The notes beneath the pieces were generated by a model. It was given only the letters and a program-made list of their open reading frames with translations. It was not told the DNA's origin and ran no database searches. Positions 14,571 to 27,568 of a stretch of DNA of 64,000 nucleotides are shown one piece after another. The translations under genes and the position numbers were made by a program. The DNA lies in NCBI RefSeq assembly GCF_964194155.1, contig NC_135894.1, positions 14,508,001 through 14,572,000 of the forward strand, given 5' to 3'. The number at the start of each line of letters is the position of its first letter. Positions within the stretch are counted from its first letter, which is position 1. The stretch is from Cetorhinus maximus (lineage: Eukaryota).

Positions 14571-14799
14571 TAACTGTTCGTGCTCACGTGAATTACAAAT
14601 CACTAGATGAAACCCACCAAAACTCTCTTGGTGGATCCAGCCAAGTGAGAATATTTTTGCTAGTTGTTGGCTATATGTCCTGTGATAGCATGTCCTGCCA
14701 AGGACGAAGCCCTTTGAGAAATCGTCCTTGTGCATCTTCAGTCATACTTATTTGTACAAGTGAACTCCATGGAAGACAAAATAAAGGAATATGAATATA

Positions 14800-16958
14800 A
14801 CATTCTGTCAAAGCTTTTTATCTTGCACTCAAGACAGATTTGTGAGAATACAAAATCGCAAAGGGAACAATTTGTATTGAATGAGAAAAGAGAATGCTAA
14901 TTGGTTGGCAAGTTGATTCTGATACAGATGTTTCCATGGATAATGCACCAAGCAACCGTTAACTGCCAAGCTTTTGTTTAAATTTAAACCAGGCAGGTTG
15001 ACTTGGATTGATCAAGGCATTGCCATGTGGAGTGAACCAGGGAATGGCTGTCCTCCAGGCTTTTGTCCTCCAATGCGTGGACATGCTCTTTTGCAAAGAA
15101 CAGGGCTCTAAGTGTGAATATATGTAGCTTCTATCGCCTGTAAGTGAGCCACACAGTGAGCCCAACTGATGATCTTTGTTAATGTAATTCTTAGCACAAT
15201 CAGGATTGTTTAGCTAATGTTGGGCACTATGTTTTGAATTTTGCATGCACGGGCTGGTTGAGTACAGGTAATACTTTGGCTGTTGTGAACAGCCAAAGGG
15301 TCGCGCTGTTCGATATGATCAACCGGTTGTTGGGATGTATGGCCATATCTGGCATTGCACTGACACTGAAATTCATATGCCATATTACTAATTTTCTATG
15401 GGTAGGCAGAATGTCATCTTGGCTTCATGGCAGCATCTTGTTAGTGGAGAATACCACTCATTGCTACTACATAGTTGCAGCATGAAATGGCTAGCTTTAC
15501 CTGTTGCTCAGACTTTTGAGACATCCTACCCTTCCAGGATCATTTGAGGTAGGCTGGACACTTTTCAGGACTAAAAGTGGCAACCTTGGGCCCATTAATG
15601 AGTAATGAGCAATATACAACGAGCAGAGATCTGATTGAAGTAACCATTATTCCACAGGATAGCTTTGTGCCTTATTTCAGATCAAGTTTGTATGGTGAGC
15701 AAATGGCTCAGGCCTTATTTACGAAGTTGCCGATAAGGCCAATCTTATAGCGCATGGAACTGTAGGAATCCCAACTCATATATTGACCAGTGAAGATAGG
15801 CTTGCAGTAGACAGTAGTGGAGAACCCATTAGCAGATTTCTCAACTGGCACTTTGAGGGAAGGGAGCTCATTTGGCTGCTCCATTTCAAAGGTGAATTTG
15901 AGTGCATTATGATTGGAGCCCATTAAGGTGTGTAAGAAAGTTATTACATGCAGCTACAGATTCAAATATAGCAAACGTATCAAACATGCGAAGGATAGGA
16001 GGTTGGGGGTCATTCCATCTTAGACTTGTTTCTCCTGGAAACTGACAAAGATGTTGGTGAGAGCTGAGCCCAGAGCCATGGCAACACCATCTATTTGGCC
16101 AAACATATGTCGTTAAAACTGAACTCAGCTGCGCGAGTTGTTGAGTTCGTAAGTTCATTGAATACAGATTCAGACAATGGTGGTGTGTCTGGATCACTAT
16201 GAAATAGTGACGTAGTGCAAATGCCTATGGCTTCCTTGAGTGGTACGTTAGTGAATAGGCTAGCAATGTCGATCAAGCACATGGACACAGCATTGCTATT
16301 GATCTGCATGGTCTTTGCAAAGGTGAAGGAACCCTCCACTGTGTATGTGGAAAACTTGCTCAGAACCTGTTGTAGAAACTCGCCCAACCAATCATAAGGT
16401 GTAAAGAGACATCACTTTTTGAGTGTCTTGGGTGGCCCATACATAACTAGACATAGTGAACCATGAGAACGATTGGATAACAATTATTTAACAATCATAG
16501 TGTAATTCTTAGCAAAAACAACCAATTTAAGATTATTAGTTGTGCTCGCAGTGTGGCTCATTTACGTGTCCTAGAAGCTACATATATTCACACATAGGGC
16601 CCTGTCCTTCTCAAACAGGAGCATGCCCACACATTTGCACCTTTTTCAACTAAACAAAAGCTTGTGGCACATTCATTTATTCATTCCCCATGGCAATGTC
16701 TTGACCAGTCAGAGTCGGCCTGCCTGGTTTGAATTTAAACAAAAGTTTGGCAGTTAACTGGCGGAGGCATGGAGAATGTACCAGGGAACAATCAGTCCAC
16801 TTACCAACCAATCAGCACCCTTCTTCTCATGCAATATAGATTGTTGTTCCCTTTGAAATTTGGTATTCTTGTGAATCTGTCCTGATGAGTGCAAGACGAA
16901 AAGCTTCAACAACTTTTCTCTTTTCTTCAGTATTCAAGTTCTGTACCACCAAGCGACT
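14800..16958 (-). mobile_element. Penelope-like element (Poseidon-type): minus-strand RT and GIY-YIG (about 14800-16470) plus an inverted copy of its 3' end (about 16470-16958)
   Basis: IDIASLFTNVPLKEAI, LKFTFEME..LP.L, TTVYCKPIFTGQY, YEFQCQCNARY.HTSQ; 14800-15200 and 16500-16925 are reverse complements of each other; possible degenerate TSD atatgaatataa / atttgaatatga. Confidence 0.88.
16878..16911 (+). ncRNA. Minimal hammerhead ribozyme motif (PLE lineage A)
   Basis: tgtc-CTGATGA-G tgcaaga C-GAAA-AGCT-TC-aaca. Palindromic AAGCTT stem III. Other copies have gaca at the 3' strand of stem I, so this copy has one CpG-type change. Confidence 0.72.
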
Positions 16959-17339
16959 ATTTGAATATGAGCTAGTTGTGACAAAGTACTGATCTTGACA
17001 AGCACTAGACTGCAGTCATTTAGTCGTTCAGTTATTGATGAAATAAAGTCAAGCATTTGTGTCAGATCTATTTTTGATTCTCTCCATCTGTGAGTTCCTA
17101 GTCTCTTCATTTCCAACTGAGTGTGAAGTAGATGTGCCACTTATCTCCATGGCATCTCCCTTGCATTTTGTGCTGCCCGAGTGAATGACGGTCATGTGTT
17201 CATCTGATGGAGGAAGTATATTTAGAGTGGGTGACTGAAACAGATGCATCACATTGCATAAGGATTGGGGTAAGTGGCAGAGGTGGATGGATATGAGGAA
17301 GTGAGGAAGGATGGGTGCTGCAGAAATTGAATATCGTCA

Positions 17340-17460
17340 GGAACGATACGATGGAAAGAGGGCCCACGGGTGGGAAGAATGCCCTGTCTGAATTGCGCAG
17401 TGCCAAGGGTGTGGCAAATTAGGCCATTTTAAAGTGGTCTGCTGCTCAGAAAATCTGTAT
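17340..17460 (+). mobile_element. Gag zinc-knuckle relic (Gypsy/Mag-like LTR retrotransposon)
   Basis: Translation HGWEECPV*IAQCQGCGKLGHFKVVCCS matches Cx2Cx4Hx4C, preceded by the H-x4-CP end of a first knuckle. Confidence 0.65.
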
Positions 17461-18639
17461 TTACTAAACAGAAGGAGAAATCTGTTAAAAGAACCTCCGT
17501 TCAAGGAACTCAAGTTGATTCAATGCTGTGAATCAGTCTTCATAGACCAAACTGCATCCCTATGACCACAGTAGGACATCATAGATCTTCCATTTCTCTT
17601 TGAGATGAGGCTAGATGCAGTGGACCAAGGATGAAGGTGACCAGTTGCAAGAAGACATTTTAGACCTTAATTTGCTCTTTCGGGAAAGAATGGAAGAGGA
17701 TGATAGCCAATATTTGTGGCAAGAGGTGATCCTGAACCTTGCTTTACTTTTTGAAGACAGCATACATTCTGTTAAAGTTCCATAGATGCTCAGGTCTGCT
17801 GAGGTGCAAACTCTCACCGAAGAGTGCACAAGCTGAACCATTGCCTACAGAAAAATAAATTCCTACGGTATTAGCAGAAAAATTATAATTTTTTATTGGA
17901 ATATTCTTCGTCCTTCTCTTCGTCCATCTGATTTGTCCATTGATCAGGCATTACATAATACTTTGTTCATTGCAGCGGTAGAAGTTTGTATACCCTTGAC
18001 CGTTGTACAAATCTTCATCGCAGTGGAATGAGCTTCGTTCTTTCAAGCAAGAGTACTTAGAAGTCCAAACTTTTCCCAAAGTACTAAGGGGTGGGGAAGA
18101 AAAAGGAAAGGAAAATCCCTGTTCATCACCTTTTTATTGCGGACCAGAAGTAGAAATCTCTGTCTGAGGAGGTCAGTACTTTTCCAAGATGTTGATTTTG
18201 GAGAGAATATGTCCTCCAGAGCCGAGAGCATAGTCGGAGATTGCCGCCACTGGCGTAAGAGGCTGTGAGGGGGAGGTGTAGGAGAATGTTTGTCTAATAG
18301 TATGGGGATAAAGACCTGTGGGGGCAGGGGGTGCGATGTAGAGTAAAGGTGAGCTCTAATGATAGCTCCTTATGCACATGCTCAGTAGCTATGTTACAGT
18401 GATGTCACATATTGAGAGGAGATGAATGTGGAGCATCGGAGTAGTTTCAGCTGTGTCTTGGGCTTATCTAATGTTTGTAAATAGTTAGCATGTAAATAAA
18501 TGTTTTTGAACAAAAGACCATTGCCTCCAGCAAGGTCTTTTCTAGAGTAAGAAGCCAATGAATCCTGAGAAAGAACTACAGTAATAGAATAACTACACAC
18601 TCAACCATTCCTTGTGGTATTGTTAGAAGTAAATAGTGT

Positions 18640-18810
18640 AGATGCTTTCAGGGGAGCCAGGCAGACATATGTGGAAGCAGGGAAGAGCGGTTTAAGCTGA
18701 TAGATTTAAATGAGAAAAGGTAGGAAGGTGGCTTGAGTGGGGTATAAACACTGGCATGGTCAGTTGGACTGATGGCCTGTTTCTGCGCTGTATATCCTTT
18801 GTAAACCTAT
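18640..18810 (+). mobile_element. Old CR1-type 3' end fragment
   Basis: ggactgatggcctgtttctgcgctgtat 3' hairpin-like motif. Confidence 0.5.
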
Positions 18811-18811
18811 G

Positions 18812-18900
18812 TAAAAATGCTGAAAATACTCAGGCCAGGTAATTTCTGTGGAGCGAGAAACCGAGTTAATGTTCCAAGTCATTCACCTTTTGTCAGAACA
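18812..18900 (-). mobile_element. Short PLE lineage B terminal fragment with decayed hammerhead
   Basis: Reverse complement gttctgacaaaaggtgaatgacttggaacattaac is homologous to 42020-42057. Confidence 0.65.
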
Positions 18901-19459
18901 ACAGAGCTATTACTGATTGTAAATGTCGGAAGTTATCAAGGAAGAGTGGAAGTTAGTTTACAGCTTGCTTAAAAAATTAAAGTTCTAGAGTTACCCAGGT
19001 TAGGGGAGTCGTCGGAGGTCAATTTAGTGGGTGAGGTAAAAGTGATTTTTCAATTGAACGATTCTAAGGATCTGAGGTGATGATCTTCGTTGTAACAAAT
19101 ATAAGCATATACACCTGTCTTTTGGATCAAAAATTGGAGTAGAAAATATAAAAGGAAAGAATCACTTGCGTCTCGGAGAAAAAGACAGGATGAATGGAGA
19201 TTGAATGGGCATGTTTATACAAATGGTGTATGTGATTCAGATATTTGAGGCAGCAGCGTGTTGTGAATTCTAGGTTCCACTGTTTCCACAAAGCATAGCC
19301 AGCCAGGCACAACTGACAGCTTTATTGGGATTTTTGCAGTCGGGCCTAAGATTAATTAAAGGCATGTGACTCTGTGTCTCAGTAAGTGATGGTGGGAGGT
19401 GAGGAAATAGGACTATCTTCAAGAAAAGGCTTTTCATAGTTCAGTTTCTAAACAAAACT

Positions 19460-19710
19460 TGAAGTGTCATTTGGGTGCCAGCCAGAGAGATGAGGTTGTT
19501 AGTTATCCATAGCCCACAAAAAAAAACCATAGCCATCGCTCCATTAGAGAGAGAGAGACAATTAGTTATATATAGCTTGAGAGGCATCATTCAGCAAGTG
19601 TGGGGCGAGGAGAGGAGGCAGGTCTCCTTGAACGACCACAGCCAGTATGGGGATTGCATTCTTGTCATTCTTCATTGCGCTCTAGCCATCTGGCTAACTG
19701 ACCCCCTCAG
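19460..19710 (-). mobile_element. Degenerate SINE-like fragment
   Basis: ctagccatctggctaactgaccccc end resembles the reverse complement of a tRNA-like head. Confidence 0.35.
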
Positions 19711-20177
19711 AAGAATCATGGTATTATACATGGTCTGTTTTAACAATGATTTTGTGAAGGTCAAAAAGGAGTGAACCAAAAAATAAGATTATATTGTTTT
19801 CTTGATTTTGTGCTGCAGCTAATGTTCCAATTTGAGAGACTGAGGCTCACCATGATGTGACAAAGTTTATGTTCGAATATGGAATCTTTCAGTTGGCTGT
19901 AGACATATAGAAACACTTAAAGCTAACTGAAAAAGAATTCCAGACTCCATTCTCCTGTTTTTGTCAGTGTGATGTTCCTCAGTCGCTCATGAGAATGTCA
20001 GCAATAATACAAACTCTTCGAGTGATCTTTTTGTCCCTTGTATAATTGTCTTACATTTTGTTCACAAGAAAAGCAGTTATCACCATTCAATTTATTCTCT
20101 GTACAAGGATCTGATTAACCCCCCTGGAGATCAACCAATAGACAGATGATATGAACAGTAGAGCTGTATGAGCCTCA

Positions 20178-21310
20178 ACAAGAACACTTGTATTTATATA
20201 GCATCTTTTAACATACTAAAACAATCCAAAGCCCTTCACAGGAATATTATCAAACAAAATTTTGACATCGAGATGCATAAGGACATGTTAGGCAGATGAT
20301 TAAAAGCTTGGCCAAAGAGGTGGGTTTTAAGGAGAGCCTTAAAGAAGGGGTGAGGGGTGGAGAGGTTTCAGGAGGGCATTTAAAGCATAGGGCTTTGGCA
20401 ACTGAATGCCTATGTGCTTATACTGGGGCAATTAAATTGGGGATACTCTGTGCCAAGACTGTAGGAGTGTGGGTATCCTGGCGAGTTGTAGGGGTGGAAG
20501 AGATTGAAAAATTGGGGAAGGAGGAGGCCACAGAAGGATTTGAAAACAAGGATGAGAATTTTAAAGTTGAGGCATTACTTAATCGGGAGCCAATGAAAGT
20601 TGGTGGGCATAGGGGTGATGGGTGAACAGGACTTGGTGCAAGTTAGGATATGGGCAGCAGAATTTTGTATGACCTCCAAATTAGAGGGTAGAAACTTGGT
20701 GGCTAGTTAGGAGTGCCCTTGGAATAATCAAGTCTAGAGTTGACAAAAGCATATAATGATGATTTCATCAACTGAGGCAAAACAGAGTTGAGCGATGTAA
20801 TGGTGCTGAAAATAGGCAGTCTTGTTGCTGCATTTGTGGTCAGGAGCTCATCCTGGGGTCAGATATAACATCAAGGTTGTGAACAGTTTGGTTTAGCTCA
20901 AACAGCTGTCAGGGAGGGGGATGGAGTCAGTGGTTGGGGAATGGAGTTTGGAACATGGGCTGGTACTTCAATTTAATTGGAGGAACTTTCTGCTCCAGTA
21001 CTGGATGTCAGACAAATAGTATGACAATTTAGAAACAGTGATGGAATGAGAGAGGTGATGTTGAAGTAGAAATAAAAACAGAAAATGCTGCAAATACGCA
21101 ACAGGCCTGACAAATCTGTGGAGAGAGAAACTGAGTTAATATCCTGATTAATGACTAACCAGAAGTAAACCTGGGTGTAGTCAGTATGTTTGGAAATAGG
21201 CAGTTTTTGGTTGCTATCTCTGAGGAACAGCTTGTAGGTGAGAAATTGGATGGGACCAAGGATAGACCCTTGGGGGACATTGAGGTCGTGGGCCAAGAAG
21301 TCATTTCAGG
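20178..21310 (-). mobile_element. L2-type LINE 3' part, with a small PLE lineage B insert at about 21062-21145
   Basis: VPQGSILGPIQF at 21240-21280; 3' terminus acttgtatttatatagc. Confidence 0.75.
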
Positions 21311-21349
21311 TGATTCACTTAGTTATTGTGGCAAGGAAATTATTTGAAA

Positions 21350-21768
21350 AGAAACAAAGACGTTCAAATATATAGTGCCTTCCACAACTTCAGCGTATCC
21401 CAAAGTGCTTTAAGCAGTGAAGAACTTTTGAAGTGTAGTCACTGTGGATAATGTAGGAAATATTGCAGCCAATATGTACACAGCAAGCTCCCACAAACAG
21501 CACCGTGATAATGACCAGATAATCTGTTTTAGTGATCTTGATTGAGAGATAAATATTGGCCAGTTCATCGGGAATAACTCCCATGCTCTTCTTTGGGATA
21601 ATGTGATGGAGTCTTTTACATTTACCTTGGAAAGCAGATGGGGCTTGGTTTGGTGAAAGATGGCACTGTTGGCTTTGATTTCTTTTTGTGCTGTCATCCT
21701 GGAGTGGAACTTGAACTCAGTGCTCTGACTTGGAGGTGAGAGCGCTACTAATTAAGCCATGGCTGACA
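21350..21768 (-). mobile_element. Deu-domain SINE (AmnSINE1/SacSINE1-like)
   Basis: cacagcaagctcccacaaacagc...aatgaccagataatc...gataaatattggcc core shared with the copies at 25865, 55200 and 59155. Confidence 0.75.
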
Positions 21769-22096
21769 TTTAAATTTGCTTGTGTTCAGTAGCTTCAGCT
21801 TTCATTATTGACGAGTCAATTATTTTAAGATTCATCTCAAATGTCCCTTATTCTATCTCCTTAATATCACCTGCTTCTATCCTTCAATTTACCTGTTGCT
21901 CAGTATCTCGTCTACCTCAGTACCTAATGCCCCATTCACTCATCATCCGTATGCTCGCATTGCTTCTTGATCCGTCAATAACTTGATTTTAAAATTCTCA
22001 TCCTCGTGTACAGTTCCTAACATTAATTTATCTCTCTATCTCTAACGTCTCTAACCTCCTTCTGCTCATGAATGTTCAGCAACTCTCCATTCCTAC

Positions 22097-23974
22097 TGTT
22101 ATGAACCGTGATGGGAGGAGTGCGCAGTTAATGCTAGCCCCAATTCTCCACAGGCTGCAACGATAGCTTAAATGTTTAATTCACCCACAAAACTGGCCAA
22201 TTCTTTACCTTTGATGCTGTTATCAACAGCATAAAAAGACTCTAACCAGGCTTCTTTCAGCAAACACAAAAAAAAAATTGATTTAGTATAAAACAAATTT
22301 CTTTTTAAAAACAAGTATTAGGAAATAAATATAGTTTAAGTTATATTGGCATTTGTGGGTATTAGAGCTTAGTTTTAGCTTTAATGTTTGTTTGATTTGT
22401 ATTTCTAACTGTTAAGAAAATGTCAAGTTGAATTTTAGTTTCTCTTTAAAAGGCGCCTGCATTTCTAATGAGAGTTTACAACTGTAAGAGAAGTTAAACA
22501 AACACAAGAGTAGGAAAATTGGGTTGTTGCCTAGCAACAGGGGTCCAGAGAGGTAGGTCCCTCCCACGGACACACACACAAGAAACTAGAAACGGGAGTT
22601 TGATTTGGAAGCTGTTTTGAGTTAAGTTGGTCTTTTGAAGACAGCTATCAAGCAGAAGCAACCTAGAAGCGGCAGATTGCCAGTTCCAAGCTGAAGAAGA
22701 AAGTCCTTGAGCATCCAGGGGAGTGGAACATGAGAATCCCAAGCAGACTTTCTAGTTAAAGGAAGGACAGGAACCTGGAAAAGGACCTGTTCTGTGGAGG
22801 TGAAAGTAAGGAATAGAGAGAAAGGCTTCAAGCTTAAAGAGATAAAGGCTTGCGAAAAGTCAGAAGGTCCAAAGAGACAACTGAAAGTCTGTAACTCTTT
22901 GCTATGGGCATGTGAAGCAGTGGTGTACTGTTAACAGCTGAGTCAGTGAGAGTGAGTACGTGGAAGAAAGCTTGAATGCATGTGGTTACTCAGGGAAGAG
23001 GAACACCCGAAGGAGAGTTCGAAACCCTGGAGGTGGACTCTTGCTGAAGGTGTCTGAGAGAAACCGTCGGTTTGGGAGAAGATTCCAAAGAGAGTTCTTG
23101 GAGAGTGGAGATTGGAAACCCTCGTGTGAAACATGGAGTTCAGCGAGACTAGTTGGCTCATAGTGTGACAAGTGTCTGGGGGCGGGGGGTGGGCGGGTGG
23201 TGGGGAGAGAGATCCATAGCATCTGTCTGGGGTGGCATCTGTCATTTGGTTTCAGAGTGTGGTGTGTCTGGCCACAGGTCGCCAATTGGACTACTTACTG
23301 TGGACATTAAAATATAAGATAGCTTTTGTAACTTGTGTTATCCTTACAAATCTGTTGTGGGTGAAGGAGTAGTGTAATATAATTCATCTTTTCGTGTTTA
23401 ATAAATGTTTTATGCTTTTTGTTAGAAGTTCATTAGCTGACTCCTGTGACTCTATCCAGTAACCCCTCTCCATGTATCTAAACAAACAAATAAAAGTTAG
23501 GATCTATCAAGCTGGGTTCTGCCCCTGGATCAGGCTTATCTAGTGGTAACTTCAGCTGAGGGTCATAACACAAATTACAAAACTGGTTAACATACAAGTT
23601 GTAGTTTAGAAGTGTAATGATTTTCCTTTTTTTAAAAAGATATTTGAACCCCTGTACACTCACACAAACACAAAACAGGACATAACAAGCACCGCTCCCC
23701 TGCAGAGGCTCGAGTATGGGAAAGTTCTTTTAAAAGGATAAAATTTGAAGAGATCTTGACACTGTTGATCTAATGGAATTCTGGTCACAATAGTCCTGAA
23801 AGTTCTTTCAAATGGACTTTTGGCGAAATGGTCCTTGCTGATTCTTTCTTATCACAACTTTGCGGACTTTCAAAAAAAAAGTTATTGTGATGAGACTTTT
23901 CTGATGAAAGTTTAACTCTCTCAAGACCGTATGTAACAGAAAGGTGGAACGGAGAGAGAGAGAGAGTCGTCTTC

Positions 23975-24008
<34 letters not shown>

Positions 24009-24280
24009 GTGCACGCGCACACACGTCTCTCAGGCCAGGTGTTTTTAGCTAATCGGCAAGAGTTTTTCGGCTGGCAACAGCAATTCTTTGTTAAAATAGA
24101 TTTACAAAGTATCTTTTTCCTCTTAGGTGTCACCTAAATGACATTTATCTATTGATGCACAGTTTCTTGAAGAATGGCATAGTCAAAGCCCTGAATTAAC
24201 CTTGCAGACTTTTTGAAAATGACTCTGGAGAGAGAATGTATAAAATTCAGTGTCCTTCAAATTTTCCTCATACTACCATT
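22097..24280. mobile_element. Nested LTR-like sequences: outer element starting TGTTATGA (22097), inner element about 22300-23570 ending TCATAACA
   Basis: TG/CA-type termini tgttatga and tcataaca; AATAAA at about 23400 and 23489; caaatt at both 22294-22299 and 23571-23576; no coding capacity. Confidence 0.55.
23951..24024 (+). repeat. Compound (GA)n / (CA)n microsatellite
   Basis: gagagagagagaga followed by about 14 CA units and cgcgtgcacgcg. Confidence 0.9.
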
Positions 24281-25667
24281 ATGACCTCTAATGCAGTCCA
24301 CTCTTTGTCTTACCATTGCAGGCTGCACCATTAGCCATCTTGGCCCCAAACTTTCGAATCCCTCCTTAAGCCACTCTGTCTTTTCACATCCTGCACCAAC
24401 TTTAAGACACGCCTAAAATCTACCTTTTTGACCAAGTTTTTAATTGAGCTTTAATTTTTGTTTGGGTTTCTCTATGTTAAAGTTGTAAATACAAGTTGTT
24501 ACTAAAACTCAAGTATCCCCAGGGTAATATGTGAAGAAATCAATGATGCCCAGACTGTTTTTGCAACATTTATTTTCTGCTTTTTCCTGTCCATACTTCA
24601 CAAATAAATGTTTTATTTGTATTGGTTTGGATCTCCACAGGTATGTTCTTTAACTTGATTTGCACTGCTGAATGAAAAAAATCTTGCACATCTTTTGAGA
24701 TGTCTTTTCAGCCTATGTTTGCATGTATAAATGGCGCTGTCTTCATTTTGATTGTCAAGACTTCCCTTGTTCTTGATCTTGGAACTTGATGGCATTCTTT
24801 CTTTTCCTCACCCCCTCTTGCTTTTGCTGTGCATCTCCCTTTCTTCAACAAAACAAAGGGTTTTCAATTTGTTAATGCTTGTAAACACTTGCTTTCAAGA
24901 TTGCTGCTAAATATTTAGAGATATGGAACTATTGTAGGAAGCATGACCTTATCAGTTAGCACTTGACATATATAAATTGGAGTCCACTGGTCATTCAATT
25001 ATTTGTGCTGAAAACAAGTTATCCAATATTGTAATGTGATCTGGGCAAAGTGGGAATTTTATGCTTCACAAATTGAATTGTTGATAATTTGAATAAATTT
25101 AGAATTAAGAACAGTAGAATGTCCTTCGTGTGCCTTTGATCATAAATTTAATCTTTATTTTAGACCCTGGTCATTTGTAGTTTAACTTGTTTAATAGGGT
25201 ATTTGAGTAAAATCATCTGAATTTTATCTATTATGAGTGTGGAAGATGCTTTTAATTTTCTCAAGACAATTTTGCTATCTTGCTTAACTTGTTCACAAGA
25301 TTGCTAAGTTGGTTTTATATTGTGATCCCTGGCTGCTGATTTTAGTGAATCTGACAAGTTTACGTGTTGCTGTTGGCAGATGTGGGGATGGGGACTCATG
25401 TTTCAAGAGCTGTGGTTCTAACACAGCACATAGTGCAACCAGAGCTGCCATTGTGTTGTTATCAGCCTTTGGCTGTGGATCACAATTTCGAGCTTGAAAG
25501 CTGCACCAGCATTATCGGTAGAATTTCAATCAAGCCAAAGGCTGTCTTGGACTGGATGGGTGTCATGAGCAGCAATGTGTAACAGTCAGTCGTTAGAAAA
25601 AACATTTCCCCCCTCATAATTGTTTTATTCTCTTCTGTTTCAATTGTGGCTCAGTAATTATAAGTAA

Positions 25668-25865
25668 AGAGTCATAAAGTCATAACAGCACAGAAGAAGG
25701 CCATTCGGCTCATCAAGTCCATGCCGGCTCTCTCTAGAGCAATCCAATCAGTCCCATTCCCCTGCTCTATCCCTGTAGCCCTACAAGTTTATTTACCTCA
25801 AGTGCCCATCTGACTTCCTTTTGAAATCATCATTGTCTCCACTTCCATCATCCTCCTAGGCAGTG
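25668..25865 (-). mobile_element. CR1 3' end fragment
   Basis: agagtcataaagtcataacagcacagaagaaggccattcggc terminus. Confidence 0.8.
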
Positions 25866-26550
25866 TTGTACTTTCATCTGAGTTTGAAGGTTGTGGGTTT
25901 AAGTCCCACTCAAAGACTTGAGCACAAATTCTGAGCTGGCAGTTAAGTAGCACATTGAAGGAGCGCTAAAGTGTTAGCAGTGTTGCCTTTCAGGTGAGAT
26001 GTTAAACCAAGGTCCCATCTGCCCTGCCACGTGAATTTAAGAAGAGCAAAGGAGTTTTTCCTCATCATTCTGGTCAATATTTATCCCTCACTAATATCAC
26101 TATAAATAAATTACTTGGTTATTATCACTGATGTGTGTGGGACCTTGCTGTTCCCAAAGTGGCTGTGTTTTCTATATTACAAGTGAGTACACTTCGAAAG
26201 TACTTGTTCACTGTAAAACACTTTGTTTCAAGGTGAGGAGCAAGAGGTTTAGGGGGGGATGTGAGGAAAAACTTTTTTACCCAGAGGGTGGTGACGGTCT
26301 GGAATGTACTGCCTGAGAGGGTGGTGGAGGCGGGTTGCCTCACATCCTTTAAAAAGTACCTGGATGAGCACTTGGCACGTCATAACATTCAAGGCTATGG
26401 GCCAAGTGCTAGTAAATGGGATTAGGTAGGTAGGTCAGGTGTTTCTCGTGTGCTGGTGCAGACTCGATGGGCCGAAGGGCCCCTTCTGCACTGTGATTCT
26501 GTGATGCATCTTGAGTTTGCGAAAGGCGCTATACAAATGCAAGTCTTTTC
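25866..26550 (+). mobile_element. Deu-domain SINE interrupted by a CR1 3' fragment
   Basis: ggtttaagtcccactc B-box-like motif, ggtcaatatttatccctc core, gcgctatacaaatgcaagtcttt tail. Confidence 0.75.
26226..26505 (+). mobile_element. Young CR1 3' fragment
   Basis: Near-identical to the reverse complement of 2147-2428. Confidence 0.9.
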
Positions 26551-26889
26551 TGATTCCTCTTTGCCTCTAAACCAAGGCACACAATTTCAGTTTGCTCCTT
26601 GTTCTTAACTATTTCTGCAAAAAATCATCTACACAGTGCATCCTTTGTTGATGTGGAGGGCAAAGACAAGCTGACACATACCTCTCCCCCACAGCAATTT
26701 ACAGCACAAAGCTGGTCATGGTGTCTGAGCCTCCCTCTCCTTCAAATTTCCGACAAGTAGACTTGCGTGCTATATGTATTTCTGGATTTTTCTAGATGTG
26801 TGAAGTGTTTGTTTTTGCACAGGCCTTTGGATTCCTTTACCATGTGGGGGAGGAGAGAAGACAGCCAACATCGGCCACATTTCCTGTTT

Positions 26890-27260
26890 TCATTCAAAAC
26901 CTTTAAAATTATAGCAGAACTGCACAGGTTAGATATAGATAAACTACTTGCTGTGATGTGGAAATCCATAAAAGGGAATCTTAAAATTAGGCATAGGCCA
27001 TTCACGAGTGAAATCAGGAAGCATTTGTTTTCATGCAAAGTGTAGTGAAAATCTGGAATGTGCTCTCCCAAAAGGCTGTGGATGCTGGAGCAATTGAATT
27101 TTTCAAGACTCAGATTGAGAGATTTATGTTGAGTAATGGTATCAAGGAATATAGAATAAAGATAGGTAAATTAAACTGAGGTACAGATCAGCTATAATCT
27201 AATTGAATGGCAGAATACGTTCAAGGCGCTGAATGGCCTGTTCCTGTTTCCATCTTCATA
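26890..27260 (+). mobile_element. CR1 3' fragment
   Basis: gaaatcaggaagcatttgttttc, tggaatgtgctctcccaaaaggctgtgg, gctgaatggcctgttcctgtt. Confidence 0.8.
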
Positions 27261-27568
27261 TTTCTCAGTTATTTCCCCCACTACTACCTGCTGCACAGAA
27301 GAAAAGTAAATGGTATCCAAGTCAACCTTCACTAGGTTCTTTTAAAGTAACAATAGGGAGATGAATCATGACTTGCGCAAATACTCAAGAAAAAGTGACA
27401 TTTCAATGTTCATATCTTCCTCGAATCTCTCAATTGTCACAGCTTAGGAAGCCATTTGGCCCATCATGGATGCACTGGCTCTGAATGAGCAATGTACTGA
27501 TAACCATTCTCTCGCCAACTTCAATCTCTCCCCCATGTCTTACTTCCATCACATATATTTATATTTAC

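Larger units (their letters stand above)
21790..24500 (+). mobile_element. L2 3' fragment (about 21790-22096 and 24280-24500) split by LTR-like insertions
   Basis: gattttaaaattctcatcctcgtg on the left resumes as ggccccaaactttcgaatccctcc...ctacctttttgaccaagtttt on the right. Confidence 0.6.
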
